From the NCBI GenBank assembly GCA_964437795.1, contig CAYTIC010000004.1, positions 3,475 to 67,474 of the forward strand: 64,000 nucleotides of DNA. Direction: 5' to 3'. The stretch is from an uncultured Dehalococcoidales bacterium. GTDB lineage: Bacteria; Chloroflexota; Dehalococcoidia; GIF9; UBA5629. A model generated the notes under the pieces. That model saw nothing but the letters and a program-made list of their open reading frames with translations. It searched no databases and was not told the origin of the DNA. Each line of letters starts with the position of its first letter. Within the stretch, counting starts at the first letter, position 1. Positions 9,308 to 19,135 of this stretch are shown piece after piece. The position numbers were made by a program, and so were the translations under genes.

Positions 9308-9930
9308 GCTTCAGTAGAATTGAACTGCGCGACCTTGCCATCTGCTGGCTGGCGCTGGGATTCTGTTTTTCCCTGCAGTACCTTATCCCTCAGCAGGGGA
9401 CACCCTATTTGCAGTCGCTGGCGCAATTTGTAGGTTTCCTGGGTATTGCGCTTATCGGAATCGGGACGGGATTCCTCTTCCATGAGCTGGCCCACAAGGG
9501 AGTGGCCCAGCGCTATGGCTACCATGCAGAGTTCCGTATGTGGAAGCTGGGCCTGATAATAGCGGTTGCCTCCGCCGTCATCAGCTTCGGCCAGTTTCTT
9601 TTCTTCGCACCGGGGGCGGTCTACACGTCGACATACAAGCAGCCGGACCCCGGGGAGGAGGGCAGGATATCCGCTGCCGGCCCCGTCGCCAATATCATAC
9701 TGGCAGGTCTTTTTTTTCTGCTGGCTATGGGAACGGGAAGCTCGGAGACCTGGAGACTGATCGGCACATTCGGCTTCCAGGTCAACCTCTGGCTGGCGGC
9801 CTTCAACCTTATCCCTTTCCCTCCTCTGGACGGTGTAAAGATACTGCGCTGGAACAAGCTTGCCTGGCTTGCCCTGGCAGCGCTGTCATGGGGGCTGCTG
9901 CTGATGTTTATGCTGGGGATAATTAGATAA
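9304..9930 (+). CDS. site-2 protease (peptidase M50) family membrane metalloprotease
   Basis: HELAHK (HExxH) in a TM helix and a C-terminal LIPFPPLDG motif; GTG start overlapping the tlyA stop. Confidence 0.7.
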   Translation: MSFSRIELRDLAICWLALGFCFSLQYLIPQQGTPYLQSLAQFVGFLGIALIGIGTGFLFHELAHKGVAQRYGYHAEFRMWKLGLIIAVASAVISFGQFLFFAPGAVYTSTYKQPDPGEEGRISAAGPVANIILAGLFFLLAMGTGSSETWRLIGTFGFQVNLWLAAFNLIPFPPLDGVKILRWNKLAWLALAALSWGLLLMFMLGIIR

Positions 9931-10697
9931 TGAGAGATTCGATGGTAATCCTTTGCGCCGACGAAATCATGCTGGCCGGAGAGGTTTTCCTCCCGGACGA
10001 CTGTACCGGGGTTTACCCTGCGGTATGCCTCTGCCACGGCATCCCGGCAGTGCCGTATAACCCGGATGAGAAGGGTGGATATCCGGAGCTGGCAGCCAGG
10101 TTCTGCCGCGCTGGCTTTGCCGCGCTGGTATTCAACTTCCGGGGGTGCGGCCCGAGCCAGGGCAACATCGACATGCCCGGATGGACCTGCGACCTTGAAG
10201 CTGCCGTCGAATTCCTCTACATGCTGCCCGAGGTGGACAGGAGCAAGATATACCTGCTGGGCTCATCCGGAGGGGCGGCGGCCAGCATTTACGCTGCCGC
10301 CCATGACAAACGCGTAAGCGCGGTGGCCACGCTGGCCTGCCCGGCTGAGTTCGACTTTATGGCCGATGGATACACTGCGGAGTCGCTGATCGCCAGGTTC
10401 AGGGAGATCGGCATAATCAAAGATGCGGATTTTCCTCCTTCGGTGAAGAAATGGCTTGACGGATTCAAGACCGTTGCGCCCATAGAACATGTGGGCAAGC
10501 TATCGCCCAAGCCGCTCCTGCTGGTGCACGGCGATAGTGACGACGTGGTGCCGGTTGAACATGCCGAGCGCCTGTACGCCAAGGCCGGACAGCCCAAAGA
10601 AAAAATCATACTGCCCGGCGCAGGCCACAGGCTGCGCCAGGATGAGAGGGCCATAGGGGCGGTCATGTCGTGGCTGCAGAAACTGGCCGGCCTTTAG
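9930..10697 (+). CDS. alpha/beta hydrolase (dienelactone hydrolase/peptidase S9-like)
   Basis: GSSGG nucleophile elbow; HGDSDDVVP and a late His. Confidence 0.75.
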   Translation: MRDSMVILCADEIMLAGEVFLPDDCTGVYPAVCLCHGIPAVPYNPDEKGGYPELAARFCRAGFAALVFNFRGCGPSQGNIDMPGWTCDLEAAVEFLYMLPEVDRSKIYLLGSSGGAAASIYAAAHDKRVSAVATLACPAEFDFMADGYTAESLIARFREIGIIKDADFPPSVKKWLDGFKTVAPIEHVGKLSPKPLLLVHGDSDDVVPVEHAERLYAKAGQPKEKIILPGAGHRLRQDERAIGAVMSWLQKLAGL

Positions 10698-10814
10698 AGA
10701 GGCTGGATTCAAATACGGCGACTATTAACTTGCAGCATGTTATGGTAGATTATTAATATATTGTTAATGCAGCATCCTACCTGGCATTAATCTGAATTTA
10801 CAGGAGGCAGGCAG

Positions 10815-12164
10815 ATGTCGAAGTTACTATACCTGGCATTGGCATTGATCATTACTCTCAGTTCAGCTTGTATCACAGTTGTCCAACCCGGGACCAATAC
10901 GCCAGGCGGCACAACAGCCGATGGAAATAGGCCCGCAGCTTTCATAGATCTGATATCGCCCAGCAGCCTTACCTGGGGACAGGAAGTCAGCTTCACCGGG
11001 CACGGCACCACACCCACCGGCAGCATTACAGCCTATCGCTGGCGTTCCAGTATCGACGGTGACCTGAGTTCAAGGCCCACCTTTGCTACCAGCAATCTTT
11101 CGCGCGGCAATCATATAATACTGTTCTCAGTACAGAACACCGCGGGGAACTGGTCACTCGAGACCCAGGGCACGGTGAATGTCATGACCGAGGCCGGCGG
11201 CGATACCGGCGGTACTCCTCCGCCCGATGATACGATTCCGGCAACGACGCCGCCGGTGATCAATTCGTTCAACGCTTCACCGGCAGGCATCACAGCCGGC
11301 TCCAGTTCGACTCTCAGTTGGGATGTCGGCAACGCCATAGCAGTCACCATCGATAACGGCGTCGGCAGCGTGGGGCTTACAGGTACACGTGTCGTGTCCC
11401 CGGCCGTCGATACGACCTATACCCTGACCGCTGCCAATACGGCTTATTTCAGCCAGGCAACGGTAACTGTAACGGTTGCCGCCGCGGCCGCTACGAAGCC
11501 CGACCTGATAATCGAGGACATATGGAAATCGGGCGACAGGATATATTACCGCATCAAGAACCAGGGACCGGCGGCAGCGCCGGGAACGGTCACAAGGTTG
11601 ACCATCGACGGGGCTGTGAAATCTACGGATTCCGCACCGGCGCTTGCTGCCGGCGCAGCCAGCACCCAGAGTTTCAGCGGCTATGCTTATGCCTGCACCG
11701 GGGTGTCGGATACCGTGATGGTTACGGCCGATTCAACCAATGTTGCCAACGAGTCCAACGGGGGCAACAACAGCATGACCTCGACTTTCAGCTGTCTGGT
11801 ACTCGGGCCCGTGATGCCGCCGCTGGTCGCATTGAAGCCCGACCTGACCATAACAAATATATCTTTCCAGCCGGCGCCCCTTAATAAGGTGTCATTCACC
11901 GTAAAAAACGCGGGCACACTGAATTCGGGCGGCTTCGATGTCAAGCTGTATGTCGGCGGCGCATATAAAGATACGGTCCATATACCAGGCGGAATTGTAT
12001 CCGGGGGCCAGGCCACATTCACTTTCCCGATGTATCACCACGTATGTGTAATCGGCACTCATACCACCATGATGGTAACAGCCGATACGGGTGGGGCAAT
12101 CTCTGAGTCGGACGAGACCAACAACTCGCGCTCCGAGTGGTGGGGCTGTCCTCCCGCTCCGTAG
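10815..12164 (+). CDS. secreted lipoprotein with an Ig-like domain and two CARDB domains
   Basis: Signal peptide with LSSAC lipobox; two KPDL…KN(Q/A)G CARDB repeats; the Ig-like unit (SFNASP…TLSW…TTYTLTA) is shared with the FHA-protein ectodomains. Confidence 0.7.
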   Translation: MSKLLYLALALIITLSSACITVVQPGTNTPGGTTADGNRPAAFIDLISPSSLTWGQEVSFTGHGTTPTGSITAYRWRSSIDGDLSSRPTFATSNLSRGNHIILFSVQNTAGNWSLETQGTVNVMTEAGGDTGGTPPPDDTIPATTPPVINSFNASPAGITAGSSSTLSWDVGNAIAVTIDNGVGSVGLTGTRVVSPAVDTTYTLTAANTAYFSQATVTVTVAAAAATKPDLIIEDIWKSGDRIYYRIKNQGPAAAPGTVTRLTIDGAVKSTDSAPALAAGAASTQSFSGYAYACTGVSDTVMVTADSTNVANESNGGNNSMTSTFSCLVLGPVMPPLVALKPDLTITNISFQPAPLNKVSFTVKNAGTLNSGGFDVKLYVGGAYKDTVHIPGGIVSGGQATFTFPMYHHVCVIGTHTTMMVTADTGGAISESDETNNSRSEWWGCPPAP

Positions 12165-12216
12165 CAGCGTCTGCCCGGGGCTCTCTGACAGAGCGCTTTG
12201 CGACACGTTCAGCGCA

Positions 12217-12245
12217 TTGACCGTGCTGCTATAAAAACGTATAAT
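12217..12245 (+). promoter_or_regulatory. sigma70-type promoter of the pur operon (TTGACC-N17-TATAAT)
   Basis: -35 12217-12222, -10 12240-12245, ~14 nt upstream of the purF ATG. Confidence 0.5.
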
Positions 12246-12259
12246 TCACGTGCAAGCCA

Positions 12260-13690
12260 ATGCAAGATTTGCACGAAAGCTGCGGCATATTCGGTATTTA
12301 CGCCCCCGGAGTAGATGTAGCCCGTGTTACTTTCTTTGCGCTGTATGCCCTTCAGCATCGCGGGCAGGAAAGCGCGGGCATAGCTACGGCCGAGGGTGGA
12401 AAGATCTATATCCATACGGATATGGGACTGGTTTCACATGCATTCAATGAGGAGGAATTGCTGCGCCTTAAGGGCAATATCGCCATCGGCCATAACCGCT
12501 ATTCCACCACCGGCTCCAGCGTTGCCTGTAACGCCCAGCCTGTCCTGGCGGGCACCACAGAACTGAAGTTAGCGCTGGGTCACAATGGCAATATAACCAA
12601 CTCCGCCGCCCTGCGGGCCGGCCTCGAGGAGCAGGGCTTCACTTTCAACTCGTCCACGGACTCGGAAGTAATAGCCTACCTGATGCTCACCTCTCCCGAG
12701 AAAGATGTCGAGGCTAAAATCAAGTATGCCATGCGGCGCCTGCAGGGCGCCTACTCGCTGGTTATACTGGCCGGCGAAAGGCTTTACGGCGTACGCGATC
12801 CCATGGGCGTCAGGCCCCTGTCGCTGGGAACCCTCGATGGCGGATGGGTGCTGGCATCGGAGACGTGTGCTTTCGACCACACAGGGGCTCAGTTCGTCAG
12901 GGAGATAGAGCCCGGCGAGATAGTTACCATCGACAGCAACGGCGCTCGCAGCACCCGTGTCGAAAGCGAACGCAAAGCCCTCTGCATCTTCGAATATATC
13001 TACTTTGCGCGCCCCGACAGCGTGCTCAACGGCAAACTGATTTACTCCACACGGGAGCAGATGGGAGCAATACTATCCCAGCAGTACCCGGTGGATGCCG
13101 ATATGGTGATGGGTGTACCGGACTCAGCCACGGCTGCCGGTATAGGATATGCCAGGGCTTCCGGCATCCCATACCATGAAGGACTTCTCAAGAACCGCTA
13201 TGTCGGACGCACTTTCATTGAGCCGGACCAGCGCCTACGCGAGCTGGGAGTCAGGCTCAAGTTCAACCCGTTGACGCAGGAGATCTCCGGCAAACGTCTG
13301 GTCGTGGTGGACGACAGCATAGTGCGCGGCACGACTACACCGCGTGTTATCAACATGCTGAAGAAAGCCGGGGCCAGGGAGGTGCATATGAGGATCTGCG
13401 CACCGCCCATACGTTACCCCTGCTTTTTCGGCGTAGATATGGCTACTCGCTGGGAGCTGATAGCCGCCCACAAGACCGTGCCGGAGATTAAAGATGCCAT
13501 CGGCGCGGATACACTCGGCTACATCAGCATGGACGGACTGATCGAGGCAATAGATCTGCCCAAGGATATATTCTGCGCAGCCTGCTTTACCGGCGATTAC
13601 CCGATGCCGGTACAGCTTGAGATGGATAAGTTACAACTGGAGACTCTTCCTTTAAACACGGCAAGGAGCCTCAGTGAAATCGAAACCTAA
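12260..13690 (+). CDS. purF: amidophosphoribosyltransferase with a short N-terminal propeptide
   Basis: MQDLHES-CGIFGIY Ntn-hydrolase start; PRTase motif VVVDDSIVRGTT; C-terminal Cys-rich Fe-S region. Confidence 0.9.
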   Translation: MQDLHESCGIFGIYAPGVDVARVTFFALYALQHRGQESAGIATAEGGKIYIHTDMGLVSHAFNEEELLRLKGNIAIGHNRYSTTGSSVACNAQPVLAGTTELKLALGHNGNITNSAALRAGLEEQGFTFNSSTDSEVIAYLMLTSPEKDVEAKIKYAMRRLQGAYSLVILAGERLYGVRDPMGVRPLSLGTLDGGWVLASETCAFDHTGAQFVREIEPGEIVTIDSNGARSTRVESERKALCIFEYIYFARPDSVLNGKLIYSTREQMGAILSQQYPVDADMVMGVPDSATAAGIGYARASGIPYHEGLLKNRYVGRTFIEPDQRLRELGVRLKFNPLTQEISGKRLVVVDDSIVRGTTTPRVINMLKKAGAREVHMRICAPPIRYPCFFGVDMATRWELIAAHKTVPEIKDAIGADTLGYISMDGLIEAIDLPKDIFCAACFTGDYPMPVQLEMDKLQLETLPLNTARSLSEIET

Positions 13691-14702
13691 GGGCGCCTAC
13701 GCCCAGGCCGGCGTCGACATATCGGCCGCCGACAAGACCAAGGACCTGATCAGGGAACTGGTGCGGCCCACGTTCGGCCCCGAGGTGTTGACCGATATAG
13801 GTCATTTCGGCGCCTTTTTCCGGTTGAAACAGTACAATGACCCCGTGCTCGTATCGAGCTCGGACGGTGTGGGCACCAAGCTCAAGATAGCAGTCGTGAT
13901 GGATAAACACGATACTGTCGGCATGGACCTGGTCAACCATTGCACCAACGATATACTTTGCTGCGGCGCCAGCCCCCTCTTTATGCTGGACTACGTGGCC
14001 CTTGGCAAGCTTCACCCGCACAAGGTGGCGGCTATAGTGTCCGGCCTGGCCCAGGCCTGCAAAGAGGTTGGCTGCGCACTGATAGGCGGAGAGACAGCCG
14101 AGATGCCCGGCATGTACAAATCGGCGGACTACGACCTGGCGGGATTTATTGTAGGTGTGGTGGAAAGAGACAGGTTGATCAGCGGAGATAAGATAAGTGA
14201 AGGTGATACCGTGATCGGGCTGGATTCCAGCGGCCTGCATACCAATGGCTACTCGCTGGTGCGCAAGGTATTTGGTATAGATCGCGATGCGCTCGCCCTC
14301 AAGATGATCTACCCCGAGCTCGGCGGCAAGACGCTGGGAGAAGAGCTGCTGCAGCCGCACCGGTGTTACCACAATGACCTCAAGCCTCTGCTGGGGGATG
14401 TCCATGGTATGGCGCACATAACCGGCGGGGGATTTGTGGGGAACATACCGCGTATACTCCCGCAGGACTGCTCAGTCCTGATAGACCGGCCGTCCTGGCA
14501 GGTGCCGGCCATATTCGACCTGATACAGAAGAAAGGCAACATCAAGGATGAAGAGATGTTCAGGGTTTTTAATATGGGAATAGGCATGATTGTGATCTGC
14601 GGGAAGGATGACGCCGCTAAAATGGTGGAAAGCCTGCCCGGCGCCCATAATATCGGCAGGATTATCAAGGCAAACGGCAGCGAGAGAGTGATAATACGGT
14701 AA
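13674..14702 (+). CDS. purM: phosphoribosylformylglycinamidine cyclo-ligase (AIR synthetase)
   Basis: AYAQAGVDI…GHFGAFF…DGVGTK motifs; GTG start with AAGGAG RBS overlapping the purF end. Confidence 0.9.
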   Translation: MKSKPKGAYAQAGVDISAADKTKDLIRELVRPTFGPEVLTDIGHFGAFFRLKQYNDPVLVSSSDGVGTKLKIAVVMDKHDTVGMDLVNHCTNDILCCGASPLFMLDYVALGKLHPHKVAAIVSGLAQACKEVGCALIGGETAEMPGMYKSADYDLAGFIVGVVERDRLISGDKISEGDTVIGLDSSGLHTNGYSLVRKVFGIDRDALALKMIYPELGGKTLGEELLQPHRCYHNDLKPLLGDVHGMAHITGGGFVGNIPRILPQDCSVLIDRPSWQVPAIFDLIQKKGNIKDEEMFRVFNMGIGMIVICGKDDAAKMVESLPGAHNIGRIIKANGSERVIIR

Positions 14703-14712
14703 GGGGGGAGAT

Positions 14713-16245
14713 ATGCGAGCAATCCTGAGCGTTTCCAACAAGGCCGGGCTGGTCGGCTTTGCCAAACAGCTGGAGAGCCTCAAATTCGAGGTGTTCAGCA
14801 CGGGCGGTACCAAGAAATCGTTGACCGAGTCGGGCCTCAAGGTCCGCGGCATATCAGACATTACGGGATTTCCCGAGATACTGGACGGGAGGGTCAAGAC
14901 GCTGCATCCCATGGTGCACGGCGGCATACTTGCAAGACGAGACCTGGACCGGCATATGCAGGAACTGGACAGCCACAAGATCGGCCTGATAGACCTGGTA
15001 GTGGTCAACCTTTACCCCTTTGTCGAGACTGTTTCCAAGGCGAACGTGACGCTGGAAGACGCGCTGGAGAATATCGATATCGGCGGGCCGACCATGATCA
15101 GGGCAGCGGCCAAGAATTTCCCGGCGGTGCTGGTAGTGGTGGACCCTGCGGATTACGATACGCTGATTGAAAAATTGAAGGCGGGCCAGGTTGACCAGTC
15201 CTTTCGCCGCAAGCTGGCACAGAAAGCCTTTCAACACGTCGCGCTCTATGACACTGCGATATCTCAGTACTTGCTCGAGGGCGAGACCTTTCCTCAGGAC
15301 CTTACACTGGCAGTACGGAAAATGTACAACCTTCGCTACGGCGAGAATCCGCACCAGTCGGCGGCCCTGTATGTGGAGAAGGTGGCGGGACGCAAGCCAT
15401 GGGGGATCACGCAGGTCAAACAGGAGTCGGGACCCGAGCTGTCCTTTAATAATTTCCTGGATATCGATTCGGCCTGGAACGTGGTAAGCGATTTTGTCGA
15501 GCCTGCAGTGGCCGTCATCAAGCACACCAATCCCTGCGGCCTTTGCAGCAACAACGACCTCCCGGAAGCTTACCGCAGGGCACTGGCCGGGGACCCCATA
15601 GCGGCCTTCGGAGGGATCGTGGCTGTAAACCGGGTAATGGATATCGCCCTGGCCACCGAGGTGGACAAGACCCATTTTGATGCCGTCATAACCGGGGGAT
15701 ATACGGAGGAGGCGCTGGCATTGCTGGGCCGCAAGAAGAGCCTGAGGCTGCTATCCATGCAGGCTGAGGCGCGCGCACCCGAGGGCAATGTTGTGGAATT
15801 CCGTCCCATCACGGGAGGATTCCTCGCACAACTTAAGGATTTCTATACCGGTGATGAATTCAAGCCTAGGGTCGTAACCAAACGGGAGCCGACCCAGCGG
15901 GAGTGGGACGACCTCTTCTTCGCCTGGAAGGCGGTCAAGCACATAAAGTCCAACGGCATAACGCTGGTCAAGGACCGCACGCTGTTGGGCATGGGCGCGG
16001 GACAACCCAACCGATCGGTGAGCGCACAGATCGCTTTAGAGAGGGCAGGCGACAAATCAAAGGGGGCCGTACTGGGATCCGACGCCTTCATACCTTTCCC
16101 GGATACCGTGGAGCTGGCGGCCGCAGGTGGTGTGACGGCCGTGATTCAGGTCGGAGGATCGATAAGAGACCAACAATCCATCGAGGCGGCCGATAAACAC
16201 GGCATGGCCATGGTATTCACCGGTGTGAGGCATTTCAAGCATTGA
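14713..16245 (+). CDS. purH: bifunctional AICAR transformylase/IMP cyclohydrolase
   Basis: MGS-like N-terminus (RAILSVSNKAGLVGFAK…STGGT) and AICARFT domain; GGGGGAG RBS. Confidence 0.9.
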   Translation: MRAILSVSNKAGLVGFAKQLESLKFEVFSTGGTKKSLTESGLKVRGISDITGFPEILDGRVKTLHPMVHGGILARRDLDRHMQELDSHKIGLIDLVVVNLYPFVETVSKANVTLEDALENIDIGGPTMIRAAAKNFPAVLVVVDPADYDTLIEKLKAGQVDQSFRRKLAQKAFQHVALYDTAISQYLLEGETFPQDLTLAVRKMYNLRYGENPHQSAALYVEKVAGRKPWGITQVKQESGPELSFNNFLDIDSAWNVVSDFVEPAVAVIKHTNPCGLCSNNDLPEAYRRALAGDPIAAFGGIVAVNRVMDIALATEVDKTHFDAVITGGYTEEALALLGRKKSLRLLSMQAEARAPEGNVVEFRPITGGFLAQLKDFYTGDEFKPRVVTKREPTQREWDDLFFAWKAVKHIKSNGITLVKDRTLLGMGAGQPNRSVSAQIALERAGDKSKGAVLGSDAFIPFPDTVELAAAGGVTAVIQVGGSIRDQQSIEAADKHGMAMVFTGVRHFKH

Positions 16246-16280
16246 GGAAAGGCAGTAAAATAGTAGCAGGCGGTGCAACT

Positions 16281-16640
16281 ATGATGATGATAAACATTGA
16301 CACATACAACGAGGCCAGGAGCAAGCTGGCCAACCCTGCAACGAGGCAGGAGGGCATCGAGGATTTGCGCAGAATGCTGGATATAAAACAGGCGCACCTG
16401 TGGAGGTCCGAGGTCATAGCGCCCTGTTGCGGCAACCTGGGCGGGTTTGCCTGCCAGCTCAACGAGGAGACACAGCTGCTGGAGAAAGCGCTGCCTCTTT
16501 TAGAGAAAGGCGACCTGGACGGGGCGAAGCCGATGCTTGACAGGCTGGCGCAGCTTATCGGTTACGGCATGGGACAGAAGGAGACACCGGACCTCATCCA
16601 GCGCCTGACCGATTCACCCAGGCCGGCCCATTCAAAATAG
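16281..16640 (+). CDS. hypothetical protein
   Basis: ORF after purH; first in-frame ATG at 16281 (tracker start 16242 is TTG); no recognisable domain. Confidence 0.4.
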   Translation: MMMINIDTYNEARSKLANPATRQEGIEDLRRMLDIKQAHLWRSEVIAPCCGNLGGFACQLNEETQLLEKALPLLEKGDLDGAKPMLDRLAQLIGYGMGQKETPDLIQRLTDSPRPAHSK

Positions 16641-16668
16641 TCTTAATTTCAGCTAGGCGGAGGGAGAC

Positions 16669-17073
16669 ATGAGCAAGAGGCGGGCTATTATTCCCAAGGG
16701 CTGGGAGATCTTCGAGCACCTGACCTTCGCGCCGGCTGTGCGCAGGGGCAACATGCTCTTCATCTCGGGCACCGACGCCAGCGAAATCGACCTGCAGACG
16801 GGCAAGCTCGTTATTAAGGGCGATATCGTGCAGCAGTACAGGACGATCTACCAGAAGATGAAGATGATACTGGACGCCGCGGGCGCCACCTTCGACGATG
16901 TGGTCTGGACCTGCGATTATATAAAAACCAAGGAAGGGTATAAAGGCACCACCGCTGTCAGGCGCGAGTTCTTCGGCGCCAGCTTTCCTGCCTCCACAGG
17001 CATCGTGGTCCAGGACCTTCTGAGCAAAGGCGCCCTGGTGGAGATGGACGCCGTGGCCATGCTCGGCGATTAA
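16669..17073 (+). CDS. RidA/YjgF family reactive-intermediate deaminase
   Basis: Typical RidA length and sequence (…TWTCDYIKT…REFFG…PASTGIVV…LVEMDAVA); GGAGGGAG RBS. Confidence 0.8.
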   Translation: MSKRRAIIPKGWEIFEHLTFAPAVRRGNMLFISGTDASEIDLQTGKLVIKGDIVQQYRTIYQKMKMILDAAGATFDDVVWTCDYIKTKEGYKGTTAVRREFFGASFPASTGIVVQDLLSKGALVEMDAVAMLGD

Positions 17074-17074
17074 G

Positions 17075-17746
17075 ATGCACAAAACTGTGGTCATCGCCCA
17101 TCGCGGCTTCCACAGGGACTTCCCTGAGAACACCATCGAGGCTTTAAAGGCCGCCCGGGATCTCGGGGCAGATGGGGTTGAGTTCGATGTGCAGGAGACC
17201 GCAGATGCCGGGTTCATCATTCACCACGATGCCTATATCGACGGACACAGCATTGATGGTCTTTCGCTGACAGAGATAGCCGCACTCAGGACGAGTGGTG
17301 ATTATCATATACCCACACTGGAAGATGCTCTGAAAGCGGTTGGCAGGGGTATGGTGCTGCTGGTGGAGCTAAAGAAGGTGCGGTCCCTGGAGAGATTTCT
17401 GGCGATACTACGCAGGTATATTGATCCGGCATGGACGGTGCTGGTTTCCTTCGATGCCGGGCTGATCGAAAAACTGGCCGCGCTTGCCCCTGGGTTTTCC
17501 CGCGCCGTTATCAGGGAACCCGGAGGGGCAGGGAATTCCGCCGCTGTCCGTTCCTCCGGATTTACACAGTTAGCTGCCGGCGCAGTGACAGCCGACCTGG
17601 TGAAGGAGGCACACGCCAGTGGTGACCTGGTATTCGTCTGGGATGGTGGAGAGGAGGATGACCTGCGGCGGGCATTGCGTTGCGGTATAGATGTCATCAT
17701 GACCGACCGTCCCGATGTGGTAATCAGGGAAGTCCGCAATCTATAA
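17075..17746 (+). CDS. glycerophosphodiester phosphodiesterase (GDPD family)
   Basis: VIAHRGF…ENT…GADGVEFDVQ…DG…IHHD motif set. Confidence 0.8.
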   Translation: MHKTVVIAHRGFHRDFPENTIEALKAARDLGADGVEFDVQETADAGFIIHHDAYIDGHSIDGLSLTEIAALRTSGDYHIPTLEDALKAVGRGMVLLVELKKVRSLERFLAILRRYIDPAWTVLVSFDAGLIEKLAALAPGFSRAVIREPGGAGNSAAVRSSGFTQLAAGAVTADLVKEAHASGDLVFVWDGGEEDDLRRALRCGIDVIMTDRPDVVIREVRNL

Positions 17747-18538
17747 GATCAGGCTATTGATGCGTTCTCTGGCCAGTTTACAGGCGGCGGCTGAGATGTC
17801 CATGCCGATCCACCTGCGTCCCAGGTTATGGGCGGCGGCCAGTGTAGTGCCGCTGCCGCAAAAGGCATCCAGCACGACGTCCCCCGCGTTACTGCTGGCC
17901 GAGACTATTCTCTCCAGCAGGGCCAGGGGCTTCTGTGTGGGATAGTCCAATCGCTCGCCGCTGGTCCTCCCCACCATGTTTATCTCCCAGTAGTCTTTCA
18001 TGCCGACCTGCGTATACCAGCCGGCCTCATCATGATATTCCTCCACGCCCTGGAACCTGTAGGGCTTCAGCCCGCGGTTATAGGATTTCTCCCGCAATCC
18101 GTTAAAGACATAGTCGCCGGTTTTGGAATAGAAGAGGATGATGTCATGCTTGCGCGAGAAGCGCCTGCGCGGGCTGGCGCCTCCCGACCTGTAGCACCAG
18201 ACTATTTCATTCTGGAAATTGGCGTAACCGAACAGGTCGGGGCTGTCCAGCAGCACCTTGACGTAATGCGATGCGTGCCAGTCGCAGTGGTAGTAGAAGC
18301 TCCCCGTCGGCTTTAACACGCGGTGCAGCTCTTTGAGACGCGGCTTCATATAGCCCAGATAGGCGTCGATGCCGTTGAATTTGTCGTTAAAGCGCCTGCC
18401 GTCAGCGGCCATTGCCGTGGCGCCGTAGTTACGGTTTGAATTGAAAGGCGGATCGATATAAATCAGGTCTATGCTTCCCGTAGGCATATCCTTAAGCTTC
18501 ACCAGGCAATCGCCACAATGGATGACGCCGGTCTTCAT
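17741..18538 (-). CDS. beta-class DNA methyltransferase (N6-adenine or N4-cytosine), apparently orphan
   Basis: Motif IV IDPPFNS precedes motif I FCGSGTT (beta permutation); no restriction endonuclease gene adjacent; 6-bp convergent overlap with the GDPD gene. Confidence 0.8.
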   Translation of the reverse strand: MKTGVIHCGDCLVKLKDMPTGSIDLIYIDPPFNSNRNYGATAMAADGRRFNDKFNGIDAYLGYMKPRLKELHRVLKPTGSFYYHCDWHASHYVKVLLDSPDLFGYANFQNEIVWCYRSGGASPRRRFSRKHDIILFYSKTGDYVFNGLREKSYNRGLKPYRFQGVEEYHDEAGWYTQVGMKDYWEINMVGRTSGERLDYPTQKPLALLERIVSASSNAGDVVLDAFCGSGTTLAAAHNLGRRWIGMDISAAACKLARERINSLIL

Positions 18539-18585
18539 GGATTTATTGTATCATGCGTGATGTCCCGATTTAATGCTATCATTTA

Positions 18586-19125
18586 GTGAAATCAGGCACG
18601 CGGGCCATTTTGTGTGCGAAGGAGCCGGCAATCAACCAGGTTAAATCGTTTGTTCTGCCTTTAACAGCGCTGCTTATCATACCGGCTGCTATCCTGTGGG
18701 TGACCGGTTTCAGGATTGGCTGGGAGCTGGGAATGCCCTGGGATGCTGTGGTAGTGCTGGCAGGCGCGCTGCTGATGGGGAACGGGCTGTACTACCTGTT
18801 CATTACCATCTGGCTCTTCAACAATATCGGTAAAGGCACACTGGCGCCCTGGTCGCCGACTAAAAAACTGGTGATCCTTGGCCCTTACCGCTATGTCCGC
18901 AATCCCATGATCAGCGGTGTATTGATGACACTGCTGGGTGAATCAATAGCCTTCGGTTCGTTGGGCATATTCACGTGGTTCCTGCTGTTTTTCGTCATAA
19001 ACCATATCTATTTCATATATTCGGAGGAACCGGGACTGACCAGGAGGTTCGGCGAGGAATACCTGATCTATAAGAAGAACGTGCCCCGCTGGATACCCAG
19101 GTTGCGGCCGTGGGCCGGCCACTAA
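18586..19125 (+). CDS. isoprenylcysteine carboxyl methyltransferase (ICMT/PEMT) family membrane protein
   Basis: C-terminal YRYVRNPMISG…LGESIAFGS signature; start uncertain (GTG). Confidence 0.6.
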   Translation: MKSGTRAILCAKEPAINQVKSFVLPLTALLIIPAAILWVTGFRIGWELGMPWDAVVVLAGALLMGNGLYYLFITIWLFNNIGKGTLAPWSPTKKLVILGPYRYVRNPMISGVLMTLLGESIAFGSLGIFTWFLLFFVINHIYFIYSEEPGLTRRFGEEYLIYKKNVPRWIPRLRPWAGH

Positions 19126-19135
19126 GGGAGTTAAG

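Noticed and set aside
17741-18538. Restriction-modification system
   Set aside because: Only a methyltransferase is present; neither flanking gene nor any six-frame ORF resembles a restriction endonuclease or specificity subunit.
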